9,403 nt of DNA from Octopus sinensis. Taxonomy: Eukaryota. The notes under the pieces are model-generated. The model had not been told where the DNA came from, ran no database searches, and was given only the letters and a program-made list of their open reading frames with translations. Position numbers and translations under genes: made by a program. The stretch lies in the NCBI RefSeq assembly GCF_006345805.1, contig NW_021828335.1:1-9403 (forward strand), read 5' to 3'. Positions 7,717 through 9,403 of this stretch are shown piece by piece. Every line of letters starts with the position of its first letter. Position 1 is the first letter of the stretch.

Positions 7717-7992
7717 ACTTTTCTTTCCCTGTTATCCCCCACAGCATTTACATAACCGTTCATTCAGTACCTCTTACCATCGCCCCCCCCTGCTACTAAC
7801 CAGCGTTCTCTCCTCTCCCTGCATCGTGTACTCTGTTGCTATCCACTTGTTGTTCTTTCTGAGTATGACACATCCTTATTGCTGTCTTCTGAAGCTTCTC
7901 AGGTTGCTTTATATACAGCCTCTTACCAATAACCATTGTCTAGCTGTTTTTTTCTTTTAAATGCAAATACACTTGTCCTATCCTTGTCGATT

Positions 7993-8053
7993 TATAAGTG
8001 TGTATGCATGTCTGTTATTATGTGAGCGAATGTATGTATGTAGGTATGTGCGA

Positions 8054-8090
<37 letters not shown>

Positions 8091-8172
8091 GTATGTATAT
8101 TGGATATAAGTATAAATACTAGTGTATATATAAGTATGTGTGTATTTGTATGTTTGTTCATATATACATTTG
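7993..8172. repeat. (TA)n/(TATG)n low-complexity tract
   Basis: Pure TA run at about 8055-8083 within degenerate TATG/TG repeats. Confidence 0.9.
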
Positions 8173-8177
8173 TGTGA

Positions 8178-8254
8178 CTCCTCTCTCTCCCCCACGCTCT
8201 CTCTTTCTCTCTCTCTTTTTCTCTCCCTCTCTTTCTCTCTCTCTCTCTCTTTCT
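8178..8254. repeat. (CT)n microsatellite
   Basis: Degenerate CT run; source of the RERE and SLSL ORFs. Confidence 0.92.
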
Positions 8255-8369
8255 AACATCATGCTCTTTTCGTTCACACTCTCGCACCCTGTCATGCTTG
8301 CCTTGAAACGAACAAAAACAAATGTATTTGAGAAAGCTCTTCGGCCTAGTGAGAGACAAGGCAACTCTT

Positions 8370-8545
8370 CTAGTGTTGGTGCCATGATACAATGTAACCT
8401 GTACACACTGTACAGTGGTTGGCGTTAGGAAGGTCACGGAGCCAGAGAATGCATATCAAAGCAAATACTGGAGCATCATGACTTGTCAGATTCTAAACCA
8501 CTCAATGTATGTCAGTATGGGTCCAGAACATTAAATGGTTTTGAT
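8370..8545 (+). mobile_element. Probable degraded 3' part of an older, third SINE-like repeat
   Basis: TGTTGGTGCCA...AGTGGTTGGCGTTAGGAAGG...CATTAAATG resembles an octopus repeat ending in (GAT)n as I recall it. There is no second copy in the window to confirm. Confidence 0.4.
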
Positions 8546-8550
8546 TATAT

Positions 8551-8965
8551 TCTCTCTTACTCTTTTTACTCTTTTACTTGTTTCAGTCATTTGACTGCGG
8601 CCATGCTGGAGCACCGCCTTTAGTCAAGCAAATTGACCCCGGGACTTATTCTTTGTAAGCCCAGTACTTATACTATCGGTCTCTTTTGCCGAACCGCTAA
8701 GTGACGGGGACGTAAACACACACAGGGCATCGGTTGTCAAGCAATGCTAGGGGGACAAACACAGACACACACACACATACATATATATATATACATATAT
8801 ACGACAGGCTTCTTTCAGTTTCCGTCTACCAAATCCACTCACAAGGCATTGGTCATCCTGAGGCTATAGCAGAAGACACTTGCCCAAGATGCCACGCAGT
8901 GGGATTGAACCCAGAACCATGTGGTTGGTTAGCAAGCTACTTACCACACACCCACTCCTGCGCCT
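8551..8965 (-). mobile_element. SINE family B, copy 4 (full length)
   Basis: Reverse complement of copies 1 and 3, with tail (TCTTTTAC)n at 8551-8580, B-box at 8901-8911 and head ending at 8965. Confidence 0.92.
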
Positions 8966-8967
8966 AT

Positions 8968-8986
8968 AGATGATGATGATGATGAT
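8968..8986. repeat. (GAT)n microsatellite
   Basis: About six GAT units. Confidence 0.9.
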
Positions 8987-9027
8987 GGCAAATATTCTGA
9001 GAATGGATTTTTGTCTCCCCCCCCATC

Positions 9028-9198
9028 CAGGGGCATAGCTAGGGTAAATGGCACCCAGGACAAGCATCAAAATTGTGCCCCGTCTCCAACAAAATGTGGT
9101 AACTCGCATACAAATGGCTCAATGAGAAAAATTGCGCCTCCCCTCAAAGTGGCGCCCAGGGCATGTGCCCTGCATTCCCCACCCTAGCTACACCCCTG
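9028..9198. mobile_element. 171-bp MITE with 18-bp TIRs, hAT-like
   Basis: CAGGGGCATAGCTAGGGT (9028-9045) versus ACCCTAGCTACACCCCTG (9181-9198): 16/18 match, both mismatches at one decayed CpG. CAG...CTG termini. The 8-bp flanks CCCCCATC and CCCCTCAC match only 5/8. Confidence 0.8.
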
Positions 9199-9321
9199 CC
9201 CCTCACCGCTCACTCTGTGTCTCTTTCATTTTCTTCAGCTTCACCCCAGTCACTCTTACCCTACCCCCTATAATGCTAGTAGTCATGGAGCTTGGCTGCA
9301 GTAAGAAACCCCGGTTTTCTG

Positions 9322-9403
9322 TGTCTGTGCGTATGTGTGTGTGTGAATGTGTGTGTGTATGTACGTGCATGTCTTTAATGAATGCTGTGTATATATGTTT
9401 GTA
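9322..9403. repeat. (GT)n/(GTAT)n degenerate microsatellite
   Basis: GT-rich tract running to the window end. Confidence 0.8.

Noticed and set aside
7794-7803. Perfect branch-point motif TACTAAC followed by CAG
   Set aside because: Too close to the AG with no intervening pyrimidine tract; a 7-mer can occur by chance.
1046-8965. tRNA genes at the A/B-box heads
   Set aside because: No complete cloverleaf or acceptor stem is evident, and each head continues into a repeated SINE body.
6810-9109. Remaining ORFs of 60-139 aa
   Set aside because: They derive from SINE B copies, (CT)n/(TA)n tracts or pyrimidine-rich DNA.

Overview
This is non-coding, AT-rich, repeat-dense animal DNA. The SINE sequences match my recollection of octopus genomes, but no database search was run. 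No ORF is credible: all derive from microsatellites, SINEs or MITEs. The main structure is a nested set of insertions. A tRNA-derived SINE (1046-1246 plus 5731-5774) is split at its TTAA site by a ~4.5-kb block (1247-5726). That block is two tandem arrays (15 units, ~245-bp period) whose monomer is a ~222-bp piggyBac-type MITE (TTAA|CCCTTTTGTTACCA...TGGTAACAAAAGGG|TTAA-like) plus a constant 16-bp spacer, so it is a satellite built from whole MITEs. The last MITE unit is in turn split by a second SINE family. Downstream are a head-duplicated SINE dimer inside one 11-bp target-site duplication (TSD), three more copies of the second SINE, an inverted SINE fragment with a 9-bp direct repeat, a candidate 18-nt microexon, a hAT-like MITE and several microsatellites.
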